From Acidobacteriota bacterium (GTDB lineage Bacteria; Acidobacteriota; UBA890; WLXD01), in assembly GCA_965205505.1 (NCBI GenBank), contig CBDBHB010000009.1, forward strand, positions 1,088,001-1,152,000: DNA of 64,000 nt, given 5' to 3'. Every line of letters begins with the position of its first letter. Position 1 is the first letter of the stretch. Below the pieces are notes generated by a model that was given only the letters and a program-made list of their open reading frames with translations, had not been told where the DNA came from and did no database searches. Positions 53,410 to 61,136 of the stretch are shown one piece after another. Made by a program: the position numbers and the translations under genes.

Positions 53410-53613
53410 ATGGCATCAACACCACTATCCGTAATCGACGGGGTGATCATCCAGATCACCAGCCGGGCGCAACTCCTGGAGCTCGTCCGAGCTTCGGGCG
53501 CCGTGCTGGAGAAGCCTACCTGTGGGTCGAGTCAGGATCGTCTCGGGCGCGTCCTGGGGGAGATCTGCATTCCGGCGGAAGAGGAGCCCAGAGGGACGGT
53601 AGTCAGCTTCTGA
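53410..53613 (+). CDS. Small hypothetical protein, paralog B
   Basis: GAGGAGG RBS; homologous to 47486-47740. Confidence 0.7.
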   Translation: MASTPLSVIDGVIIQITSRAQLLELVRASGAVLEKPTCGSSQDRLGRVLGEICIPAEEEPRGTVVSF

Positions 53614-53667
53614 ATCGCGCAAAGGGTCGGCCCGCTCCGGCCTTTTGCACGGCTTAGAAATCTCACC
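53611..53667 (+). repeat. 57-bp conserved hairpin element, copy B
   Basis: See copy A. Confidence 0.85.
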
Positions 53668-53783
53668 GAGGGCGAGACGCAGAGAGGGTGAGCGTCCGCG
53701 ATGGCGCGACTCTCGACCGAACGAGATCGTGGTCACCACCTCAAGAAGGAGGCGCGTCTGGTGACGTCCGAGTCGATGCAGAG

Positions 53784-54509
53784 CTACTGGGGCTCCCGAG
53801 GAAGGGAGGTAGCGTCGGCGTCGGATGTCAAAGCAGGAGATTCGATTAGACTCGGAGCAACGGGCCGGACTCGTTTCCGAAACCACTGACGACGGGGTCG
53901 CACGGACGCGATCTCGAAGAGCGCATCGGCGAACCTGGCGAGTTCCGTGTTCATACTGCGCAGATCTTCAACTAGTTCGTCATGCTGGGGAAACTGGCGC
54001 TGAATGTCTTGCGGCCGTGCGCCCTTGTTCGACTCTTGCCGCAGAGCTTCCTCCCACCACCGGCGGAACTCTGACTGCCACCGGGTCAGTCTCGGCCGAA
54101 GCCCGTCATTCAGTACGCTTATCACTAACGACGCTACGCCTCCGGCCCGTTCATAGTGCCGGGGCGGCAGAGCCGAAAGCAGAGTCCGCGAGATCGGAAA
54201 GAGCTCGAAGAGCGAATCGAAGACCTCGACCACCAAGTCGGCATCCGGGTCAAATGGGAGGGCGGCCTTCCGGGTCACGAGCTGAACGTAGAGTTTCCAA
54301 GCGACTGTCCGGTCGGCGGGAGTAGTGTCATAGGTGACGCTGCCGAGGCCGAACGGGATGCCTACGGACACCGAGGTTGAATGGCCGCGTCGCCGATGGT
54401 TCACCCAGTGCAGGAGGCCCATTGCTGCGACTCCGATCCAGAACGCGGGGGAGCCGATGACTCCCCAGAACGACTTGATGAGCCAATCGAGGGCGAGCTG
54501 CCCGCTCAA
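53784..54509 (-). CDS. Uncharacterised single-TM protein with helical domain; candidate TIR-coupled effector
   Basis: N-terminal TM, AWKLYVQLVTRK and VLNDGLRPRLTRWQ blocks; TTG start overlaps the TIR stop (TTGA). Confidence 0.8.
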   Translation of the reverse strand: MSGQLALDWLIKSFWGVIGSPAFWIGVAAMGLLHWVNHRRRGHSTSVSVGIPFGLGSVTYDTTPADRTVAWKLYVQLVTRKAALPFDPDADLVVEVFDSLFELFPISRTLLSALPPRHYERAGGVASLVISVLNDGLRPRLTRWQSEFRRWWEEALRQESNKGARPQDIQRQFPQHDELVEDLRSMNTELARFADALFEIASVRPRRQWFRKRVRPVAPSLIESPALTSDADATSLPREPQ

Positions 54510-54916
54510 TGGTTACCGCGTTGGTTGTACGCCCATTCAATCCACCCCGCGAACTTGTCGGGGTCCCATCCTCCGACGGCGTCTGCCGGGATCCCCGAAG
54601 GAACCGCTCCGGATGAGCCTCTGAGCCGGATCCCGAGGATTCCCTTCCCCTGTCGCGCGCTCTCCTGGATCTCCCAACGCACCCACTCACTCTGCGCCGT
54701 CCGGTTCCCAATGAGGACGACGGCAACCGAGGCGGGCTTTATGTACTCATCCCGAATAACCCTGGTGACATAGCTAACGTCACTGCTCTTGATGCGCCGG
54801 TCGAGCTTGTGGTTGTAGAAGTCGAACCCGTCCAGAATCTGGCGAAGGCCCATGAAGCCCGAGACTTGGGCCGTGTCCTCGTGGTCGAAGCTGATGAAGA
54901 TTCGTCTCTTGGCCAC
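54506..54916 (-). CDS. Stand-alone TIR domain protein (Thoeris ThsB / DUF1863-like)
   Basis: RIFISFDHED, VAVVLIGNRT, SEWVRWEI with catalytic Glu, KGILGI. Confidence 0.88.
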   Translation of the reverse strand: MAKRRIFISFDHEDTAQVSGFMGLRQILDGFDFYNHKLDRRIKSSDVSYVTRVIRDEYIKPASVAVVLIGNRTAQSEWVRWEIQESARQGKGILGIRLRGSSGAVPSGIPADAVGGWDPDKFAGWIEWAYNQRGNH

Positions 54917-55103
54917 CTCAACGCTCTCCCTCAATCGGTCTGTTGACGCCCTGGCCTCGGGGCGAGTTTGTTAGAAGGCCAATGTGTCTCGGGTCCCGAA
55001 ACAACTCAAGGGGAATCCGAACTCGCGGCGGGGTGCCCCCTTTACTAATCCACTACCGGAATCGGCCTACGACACCGGAAACGCCGGGTTGGCGGTCGCG
55101 CGG

Positions 55104-55508
55104 CTAGCTTTGACCCGCCAGTGGGCCACGCCCCCGAACGCCTTCGAGTTCTTGCCAGAAACCGTCGAAGTCCCCCGCAGGTGCGACGCGGTTGTGTGCG
55201 AGCTCGACGATTCTCTTCTCCTCGTCCCGAAATGGGACGGGCAGACCTTTGAGCAATTGAACAACCGCTTCTCGGGCCGCAGGTATGGTCTTGCCCCTCA
55301 GATTGCTCTCGATCGTCGTCGCCAGCAGTACGATCCAGTACTCGCGCGTCTCTTCGCGCTGGTGATCGAGTACGTGTTGTGCCGTCCGCGCTGACCGCTC
55401 CGCGGCCTTTGCCGAGCTACTTGCAGTCCGAGCGGAGTAGCACGAGACGCCGACGGCCAGCAACGCCGCCACAAGCAGACCGAGCGTAAGAAGCTCCGAA
55501 GTATGCAA
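55104..55508 (-). CDS. Hypothetical protein with N-terminal TM and Ala/Ser-rich coil
   Basis: LLTLGLLVAALLAVGVSCYSARTASSSAKAAERSA; start uncertain. Confidence 0.55.
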   Translation of the reverse strand: MHTSELLTLGLLVAALLAVGVSCYSARTASSSAKAAERSARTAQHVLDHQREETREYWIVLLATTIESNLRGKTIPAAREAVVQLLKGLPVPFRDEEKRIVELAHNRVAPAGDFDGFWQELEGVRGRGPLAGQS

Positions 55509-55729
55509 CGCAGTTCTCCGGTTGGTTTCGAGCTGCGGCGAATCTGGATGGGCACAGTCTACGGGTAACCGGACGATGAAACCCTGTCGATGAGCCGGCT
55601 TCGGCACCGCGAAAACGGCCTCAAGGGACGGTCGCCGCGTGACCCCAGTGTGACCTCGACGCAACGAGCGGAAGCGCGCACCGCACCGAAGGACGCCGTA
55701 AATCTCTCATTCTATTCATGTTATTCAAG

Positions 55730-55803
55730 TCGGGGTGGCCGGATTTGAACCGGCGGCCCCCTGCTCCCAAAGCAGGTGCGCTTCCAAGCTGCGCCACACC
55801 CCG
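55730..55803 (-). tRNA. tRNA-Pro (TGG)
   Basis: CGGGGTGTGGCGCAGCTTGGAAGCGCA-CCTGC-TTTGGGA-GCAGG-GGGCCGCCGGTTCAAATCCGGCCACCCCGA folds as a cloverleaf; CCA not encoded. Confidence 0.96.
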
Positions 55804-55847
55804 TCGTGCAGCGCTCAGGATACAACGCCGCGACCAGATGCTTCGTG

Positions 55848-56492
55848 CTATGAGCCGGGCTTCGAATCCGGGGTCCAGCCTTGTAGGAACTCGATCATCG
55901 CAGCGATGGCCTTGCCGCGATGTGAGCGCTGTGATTTTTCCTCGCGTGTCAGCTCGGCAAAAGCGCGCGTATCACCCGTCGCTCGGAAGATCGGGTCATA
56001 TCCGAATCCTCCTTCGCCGTGCGGCTGACGTGTGATGCGGCCGGTGCAGACGCCGCGACGCTCGCTTACCAGAGCATCCGGGCGCGCCAGCACGACATGG
56101 CATACGAACTGCGCGCCGCGGTGTGTCTCGGCAACGCCGGCAAGGCGTTCGAGCACGGCGAGATTACGTTGCCGCTGCGACAACTCCGGATCGATGTATC
56201 GGGCGGAGTAGACTCCCGGCTCGCCGCCCAGGGCGTCGATCTCCAGACCCGAGTCGTCGGCGAGTGTGACCAACCCGGTCAGCCGGGCATAGTACAGCGC
56301 CTTGCCTCGGGCGTTTCCGGCGAACGTGTCGCTGCTCTCGGGATACTCGTCAGCTCCCTCCGGCAGTGCGCGGCACCGCCAGGGCCCCGCCGCGAGCAGC
56401 GCCGCTATCTCCTCGACCTTGCCGCGGTTGTGTGTGCCGATGAGCAGCTCGATGCCTGCGCTGTTGCCTGGCGGCGCCGCCGCGCCGCTCAT
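55848..56492 (-). CDS. rdgB: Non-canonical purine NTP pyrophosphatase (RdgB/HAM1)
   Basis: THNRGK, ADDSGL, PGVYSARY, GFGYDPIF, SHRGKA. Confidence 0.93.
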   Translation of the reverse strand: MSGAAAPPGNSAGIELLIGTHNRGKVEEIAALLAAGPWRCRALPEGADEYPESSDTFAGNARGKALYYARLTGLVTLADDSGLEIDALGGEPGVYSARYIDPELSQRQRNLAVLERLAGVAETHRGAQFVCHVVLARPDALVSERRGVCTGRITRQPHGEGGFGYDPIFRATGDTRAFAELTREEKSQRSHRGKAIAAMIEFLQGWTPDSKPGS

Positions 56493-56529
56493 CGCGCTAG
56501 CTTCGAGGTAGCGGGCTTCGCGCAGGCCA

Positions 56530-57150
56530 CTAGTAGAGCCAATCGCGGTGGGGGAGGATCGGCCCGGCGAGGTCAAAATGGCCGGTGAGCGTGTCCACGC
56601 TGCTGCCGTCGACGAGGAACTGCACCGCCCTTATTTGCGGGAACGATGTCGTCAACGTGCCTACGACCCCATAGACGGCGTGGATCTCCGCCAGGCTTCC
56701 CTTGCGCATCGAGGTCGGTAGATTGGCGCCGAAGTCGACGTAGGCGATGCCCGCCGTCGATACCCAGACTTCGCGCACTTCGGTTGCGCGGGGCAGCGGT
56801 GAGCCCGGCGTGTCGATCAGCTGCTCAATTGCCAGCTGAGCCTTGGCCGCCAGCGTCAGCGGTGCGTCGAGACGCTGGATACGCGGCACCAGGCGGCGAT
56901 TCGCGGAATCGATCAGGAACAGCTGTAGGGTCACGGATTCGGTTGCTATTGGGGCCGTTTCATCAGGCGGCGGCGTGTCCGGACTGGCGCCCAGGGCTGC
57001 GTCGGCGCTGCGCTCGTCGGTGATCGCGGCGCTCGGCGCAGCGGGTCGCCCCAGACGATTCACCACCAGTAGCAGCACGGCGAGGCCGATGGTGATGGCG
57101 GCGGCGATAACGCCGACCCGAATTGGGAGGGAGCGAGCGTCAGCGGCCAT
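56530..57150 (-). CDS. GerMN domain protein
   Basis: N-terminal TM; AYVDF..GSLAE..VQFLVDG..TLTGH. Confidence 0.85.
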   Translation of the reverse strand: MAADARSLPIRVGVIAAAITIGLAVLLLVVNRLGRPAAPSAAITDERSADAALGASPDTPPPDETAPIATESVTLQLFLIDSANRRLVPRIQRLDAPLTLAAKAQLAIEQLIDTPGSPLPRATEVREVWVSTAGIAYVDFGANLPTSMRKGSLAEIHAVYGVVGTLTTSFPQIRAVQFLVDGSSVDTLTGHFDLAGPILPHRDWLY

Positions 57151-58063
57151 GGCCGGTTGCGTATGCCGCGCGATTTACGGGCTGGGCGCGGCCGGCGAGC
57201 GCGGCGTGCTGCTGGCGGAAGTTGTTGATGCCGCGATACAGGGCTTCGGCGATCTGCTGCCGGAACCCCGGGTCGGCGATCATTGCGGCATCGTCGGGGT
57301 TGGACAGGTAACCAAGCTCTACCAGGACGGCGGGCATCGTCGCGCCCTTGAGCACGCGCAGGGGAGCCTGCTTGACGCCCCGGTCGCGTAGTTGCCATAC
57401 GCCGTTCATCGACTGCTGGATCTCCTCCGCCAGGAGGCTGCTTTCGCGCAAGTGCTGGGTGTGGGCCAGATCCCAAAGGATGAAATCCAGCGCCTGCCCG
57501 TCAACGCCGCGGACCGCCTGCGACCCGCCACCGTTCTCGCGTTGCGCCACGCGGCTGGCGATCGTGTCGCTTGCTGCGTCGGAGAGGAAATAGGTCTCTG
57601 GGCCGCGCACGTCCCTGATCCGGTAGGCGTTGGCGTGGATGGACACGAATAGGTCAGCCTGCCAGTTGTTGGCCTTTTCGGTGCGCGTATCCAGGTCCAG
57701 GTCGACGTCGTCCTCGCGAGTCATGAACACCTGTAGCCCGATGCGTCGATAGATCAGCTCGCGCAGGCGCACGGCGATATCGAGGGTTATGTCCTTCTCC
57801 GCGAGGCCGCCGACGCCCGGCGCTCCCGCGGCCCGGCCGCCGTGACCCGGGTCCAGCACGATGGAGCGTAGACCGCCTCCGAGCGACGGAATTTGCTCCG
57901 TTGCATCGAGCGGCCCTTCGGCAGCCGGTGTTGGGTTGCCCGATAGCAGCAGCGCAATCGCAACCAGGGCAGCGACAGGCAGATATATCAGGCTGCTTTT
58001 CGGCCCCTGTGGGGATGGCTGCACGTCGATTGGCACGGTGAATTTCCAACGGAGGCTCTGCAT
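57140..58063 (-). CDS. N-acetylmuramoyl-L-alanine amidase (Amidase_3)
   Basis: LDPGHGG, EKD, FVSIHAN, PAVLVELGYLSN; start uncertain. Confidence 0.9.
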   Translation of the reverse strand: MQSLRWKFTVPIDVQPSPQGPKSSLIYLPVAALVAIALLLSGNPTPAAEGPLDATEQIPSLGGGLRSIVLDPGHGGRAAGAPGVGGLAEKDITLDIAVRLRELIYRRIGLQVFMTREDDVDLDLDTRTEKANNWQADLFVSIHANAYRIRDVRGPETYFLSDAASDTIASRVAQRENGGGSQAVRGVDGQALDFILWDLAHTQHLRESSLLAEEIQQSMNGVWQLRDRGVKQAPLRVLKGATMPAVLVELGYLSNPDDAAMIADPGFRQQIAEALYRGINNFRQQHAALAGRAQPVNRAAYATGHGR

Positions 58064-58201
58064 GATCCATCCAGTAACGGGCTCAGTGCCACTTCGAGAG
58101 CCTTCACTCGTGCGGCTGCCTCCCGGCATCGCGACGCGGACCAAAGTTGCCAGTCTCGGTGTCGGATACCACCCCACTTTGGCTCCGAAGACAGTTTCAT
58201 T

Positions 58202-58582
58202 CTAGATCATGTCGCGCTCCTCTAGCACCTGGCGCGCGACGCGGAAGCACTCGAGCGCCTGCGGGACACCGCAGTAGATCCCCACCACATGGATGATGGC
58301 GCGGATCTCCTCGAAGCTCACGCCGTTGTCGATCGCGCCGCGGCAGTGCAGCTCCCATTCATGCATCTTGCCCAGGGCGCCGATCATCGCCAGGTTCATC
58401 ATCGAGCGCGTTTTCGCATCGATGGCCTCGTCGCCCCATCCGAAACCCCAGCACCAAGCCGTCATGGCCTCCTGGAAGGGGCGCGTGAGGGAGTCCGCGT
58501 TGGCTAGGCTCTGGTCCACATAGTCCCTTCCCAGCGTGGCGCGACGGTTCTCCAGGCCTTTCTCGAACAGCTCTTCATGCAT
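58202..58582 (-). CDS. Carboxymuconolactone decarboxylase family protein
   Basis: GLENRRATLG, WCWG..W, YCGVP. Confidence 0.88.
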   Translation of the reverse strand: MHEELFEKGLENRRATLGRDYVDQSLANADSLTRPFQEAMTAWCWGFGWGDEAIDAKTRSMMNLAMIGALGKMHEWELHCRGAIDNGVSFEEIRAIIHVVGIYCGVPQALECFRVARQVLEERDMI

Positions 58583-58615
58583 GCAAGTACCTCACCTTCC
58601 TGGCGTTACGAAAAA

Positions 58616-58666
58616 GGGCCGACGTGCCACCACGATATGCAACGATCATCTGTTACAGGCCACTAG
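58616..58666 (-). repeat. CTAG-end repeat copy 4 (on the ALDH stop)
   Basis: Reverse complement CTAGTGGCCTGTAACAGATGATCGTTGCATATCGTGG. Confidence 0.8.
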
Positions 58667-60144
58667 CGCATTATGAATGGATCGGCCATCGGCGCGTCCG
58701 ACGTGTTGATCCAGATGGTCTTCACGCGCGTGTAGTCGCGAATCGCATCGCTGCCTCCCTCGCGACCGAAGCCGGAGTGCTGATTGCCCCCGAATGGGGC
58801 GATGGGCGACACGACGCGCCAGGTGTTGATGTAGGCGATACCGCTCGAAAGAGCATGGCCGACGCGCAGGGCGCGACCGATGTCGCGCGTAAACGCACCG
58901 CCGGCAAGCGCGAAGCGGCTGCTGTTGGCGATCTCGATCGCCTCGGCCTCGTCGGTGAACTTGCGCACGCTCAGCACCGGGCCGAAGAGTTCCTCTTCGA
59001 AGGTCGGCAGGCCGTCGTGCGGGCAAGTGATGATCGTGGGTTGCCAGTAGAAGCCTTTCGGCTGATCCGGCGGACGTCCTCCGCCGGTCAACATCGTGCC
59101 GCCGCCGGCAACCGTGTCGGCAACGAGCCGCTCTATACGGTCGCGCTGTCGCGCCGTGCAAAGTGGACCCATCTCGGTGGCGTGGTCGAGAGGATCGCCG
59201 ATGCGAATCGACTCGGCGGTTGCTATCAGCCGTGCCATCAGCTCGTCGTGGACACTCTCGTGCACCAACAGGCGCGAGCTTGCCACGCATGACTGGCCGG
59301 CGGCGCCGAACACGCCTGCCACGACACCGTTCGCAGCGCTGTCCAGATCGGCATCGTCGAAAACGATCAGCGGCGACTTGCCGCCCAGCTCCAACGATAG
59401 CGTGGCCAGGTTTTCGGCCGTGTTGCACACTATGTGCCGAGCGGTCTCGGTACCGCCGGTGAACGCCACCCGCGCGACGTCGGGGTGGCTGGTCAACCGC
59501 TTACCGCAACGCTCACCGAAGCCGGTGATGATGTTGACCACCCCCGGTGGGAACCCCGCCGCGTCGATCAGCTCTGCGAACTTCAGCAGCGTCGCCGGCC
59601 CCTCCTCCGACGCCTTGAGCACAACGGTGTTGCCTGCCGCCAGCGCCGGAGCGAGCTTCGATGCTGTGAGGAGAATCTGCCCATTCCAGGGGATCACGGC
59701 GGCCACCACGCCAAGCGGCTCGCGCACCGTCATGGTGATCATCTCGGGCTTGTCGATCGGCAGGACGGCGCCCTCGATCTTGTCCGCCATACCCCCGAAG
59801 TAGTGGTAGTAGCTCGCCATATAGGCAGCCTGCCCGGCGGTCTCACGGATGATCTTGCCGGTGTCTCTCGTCTCGATCTCGGCGAACTCGGAGGACCGCT
59901 CGATCAGCAAGTCGCCGAGTCGGCGCAGGAGGTGGCCGCGTTCGGTAGCGGTCATCGCAGCCCAGGGTCCGGTGGTGAGGGCGCTGCTGGCTGCAGCGAC
60001 GGCGCGATCGACGTCCTCCTCACCGGCCTCTGGCGCGGTCGCCCAGACTGTCTCGTGTGCCGGATCGAGGCTCTCGAATCGAGCGCCGTCCGCCGCCTCG
60101 CAAAACGCGCCATCGATAAACAGCTTGAATTCCACTGGGGTCAT
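58663..60144 (-). CDS. Aldehyde dehydrogenase
   Basis: PWN, FTGG, LELGGKSP, GQSC, EELFGP. Confidence 0.95.
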   Translation of the reverse strand: MTPVEFKLFIDGAFCEAADGARFESLDPAHETVWATAPEAGEEDVDRAVAAASSALTTGPWAAMTATERGHLLRRLGDLLIERSSEFAEIETRDTGKIIRETAGQAAYMASYYHYFGGMADKIEGAVLPIDKPEMITMTVREPLGVVAAVIPWNGQILLTASKLAPALAAGNTVVLKASEEGPATLLKFAELIDAAGFPPGVVNIITGFGERCGKRLTSHPDVARVAFTGGTETARHIVCNTAENLATLSLELGGKSPLIVFDDADLDSAANGVVAGVFGAAGQSCVASSRLLVHESVHDELMARLIATAESIRIGDPLDHATEMGPLCTARQRDRIERLVADTVAGGGTMLTGGGRPPDQPKGFYWQPTIITCPHDGLPTFEEELFGPVLSVRKFTDEAEAIEIANSSRFALAGGAFTRDIGRALRVGHALSSGIAYINTWRVVSPIAPFGGNQHSGFGREGGSDAIRDYTRVKTIWINTSDAPMADPFIMR

Positions 60145-60968
60145 TCCTCCTCAGGCAGGAGATGCAGATCGGAAGCATGCTCGTTCAGGAAGTCGAGCAC
60201 CAACTCGGCCATCGCATCGGCCCCCTCGACGGGAGCCATGTGCGCGAGGTCGGGCAGGATCACGGCGCGGCCGTTGCCGAGCGCTGCCGCGAGCGCTCTG
60301 GCCATGTCGGGCGTCGAGCCGGAGTCGAGAGCGCCCGTAGTCACCAGAGTCGGGCAGCTCATGCGCTGCAGGTCTTCGTTGCCGGGGCGATCGGGCTTGG
60401 CGAATATCGCGTAGGCGGCGAGGAAGTCTCCTCGGTTGTTGCTTTGCAGCCGAGCACGCACCTGATCGATCGCTTCAGGCTCCCGCGCCCTGAACCTCGG
60501 CGTGAACCAGCGGGCAATCGCGGCGTCGATGATGCTGTCGGGCCCGTCCTCGGTGGCTTGGTCGAGCCTCGATTGCACGGCGGCGATCTGCTCGGGCCGC
60601 CGCCGGAAGACGCTGCTGATCAGAATCAAGCGAGTCAGCTTGTCCGGGCGGGTCAGCGCAAACCGTCGGGCCACCAACGCGCCGAGAGAGAATCCGGCGA
60701 GCGCGACGCGATCCAGACTCAGATGGTCGAGCAGGTGCTCGAGCTGGTCGGCGAACCCGGTTAGGCTGATACCGAGCGCGCCCGAGCCCGACTCGCCGTG
60801 ACCCGCCAGATCGTAGCGGACGATCGTGTGTTTGTGGGCGAGCCGGGCCGCCAGCGGCCTCCACATCTCGCGGTCGAGGCCGACGCCATGGATCAAGACC
60901 ACCACCGAGCCTGAGCCGATTACCTCGTAGGCGGTGTTTGCGGCGTTGCCGGCGATGGAATCTGTCAT
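60141..60968 (-). CDS. Alpha/beta hydrolase (PcaD-like)
   Basis: HGVG, GFSLG, D and H of the triad. Confidence 0.88.
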   Translation of the reverse strand: MTDSIAGNAANTAYEVIGSGSVVVLIHGVGLDREMWRPLAARLAHKHTIVRYDLAGHGESGSGALGISLTGFADQLEHLLDHLSLDRVALAGFSLGALVARRFALTRPDKLTRLILISSVFRRRPEQIAAVQSRLDQATEDGPDSIIDAAIARWFTPRFRAREPEAIDQVRARLQSNNRGDFLAAYAIFAKPDRPGNEDLQRMSCPTLVTTGALDSGSTPDMARALAAALGNGRAVILPDLAHMAPVEGADAMAELVLDFLNEHASDLHLLPEEE

Positions 60969-61136
60969 CGGTCTCCTGGGCGCAGTGGCGATCTACCGTA
61001 CTTCGGGAGCAGCTCCCACCGCGAGGGGCGGCAACCGGTCTGCGGTAGCAGTAGAGGACGTCTGGCGAAAACGTGTGGCCTGTGTTTGAGTGCCGACGCT
61101 GCACCCAGCGGCCACTATTACGAGGCGGAATGACCA

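Larger units (their letters stand above)
37700..55729. mobile_element. Probable degenerate genomic island abutting the tRNA-Pro 3' end (left boundary uncertain)
   Basis: AT-rich spacers, many inactivating lesions, defence-like genes, tRNA adjacency; no integrase and no second att copy seen. Confidence 0.5.

Noticed and set aside
47651-53886. Minus-strand ORFs 47651-48154 and 53425-53886 share GEISKPxKRPxRADPLR
   Set aside because: Similarity is confined to the 57-bp repeat and several differences are non-synonymous, so it reflects DNA/RNA conservation rather than a protein family.
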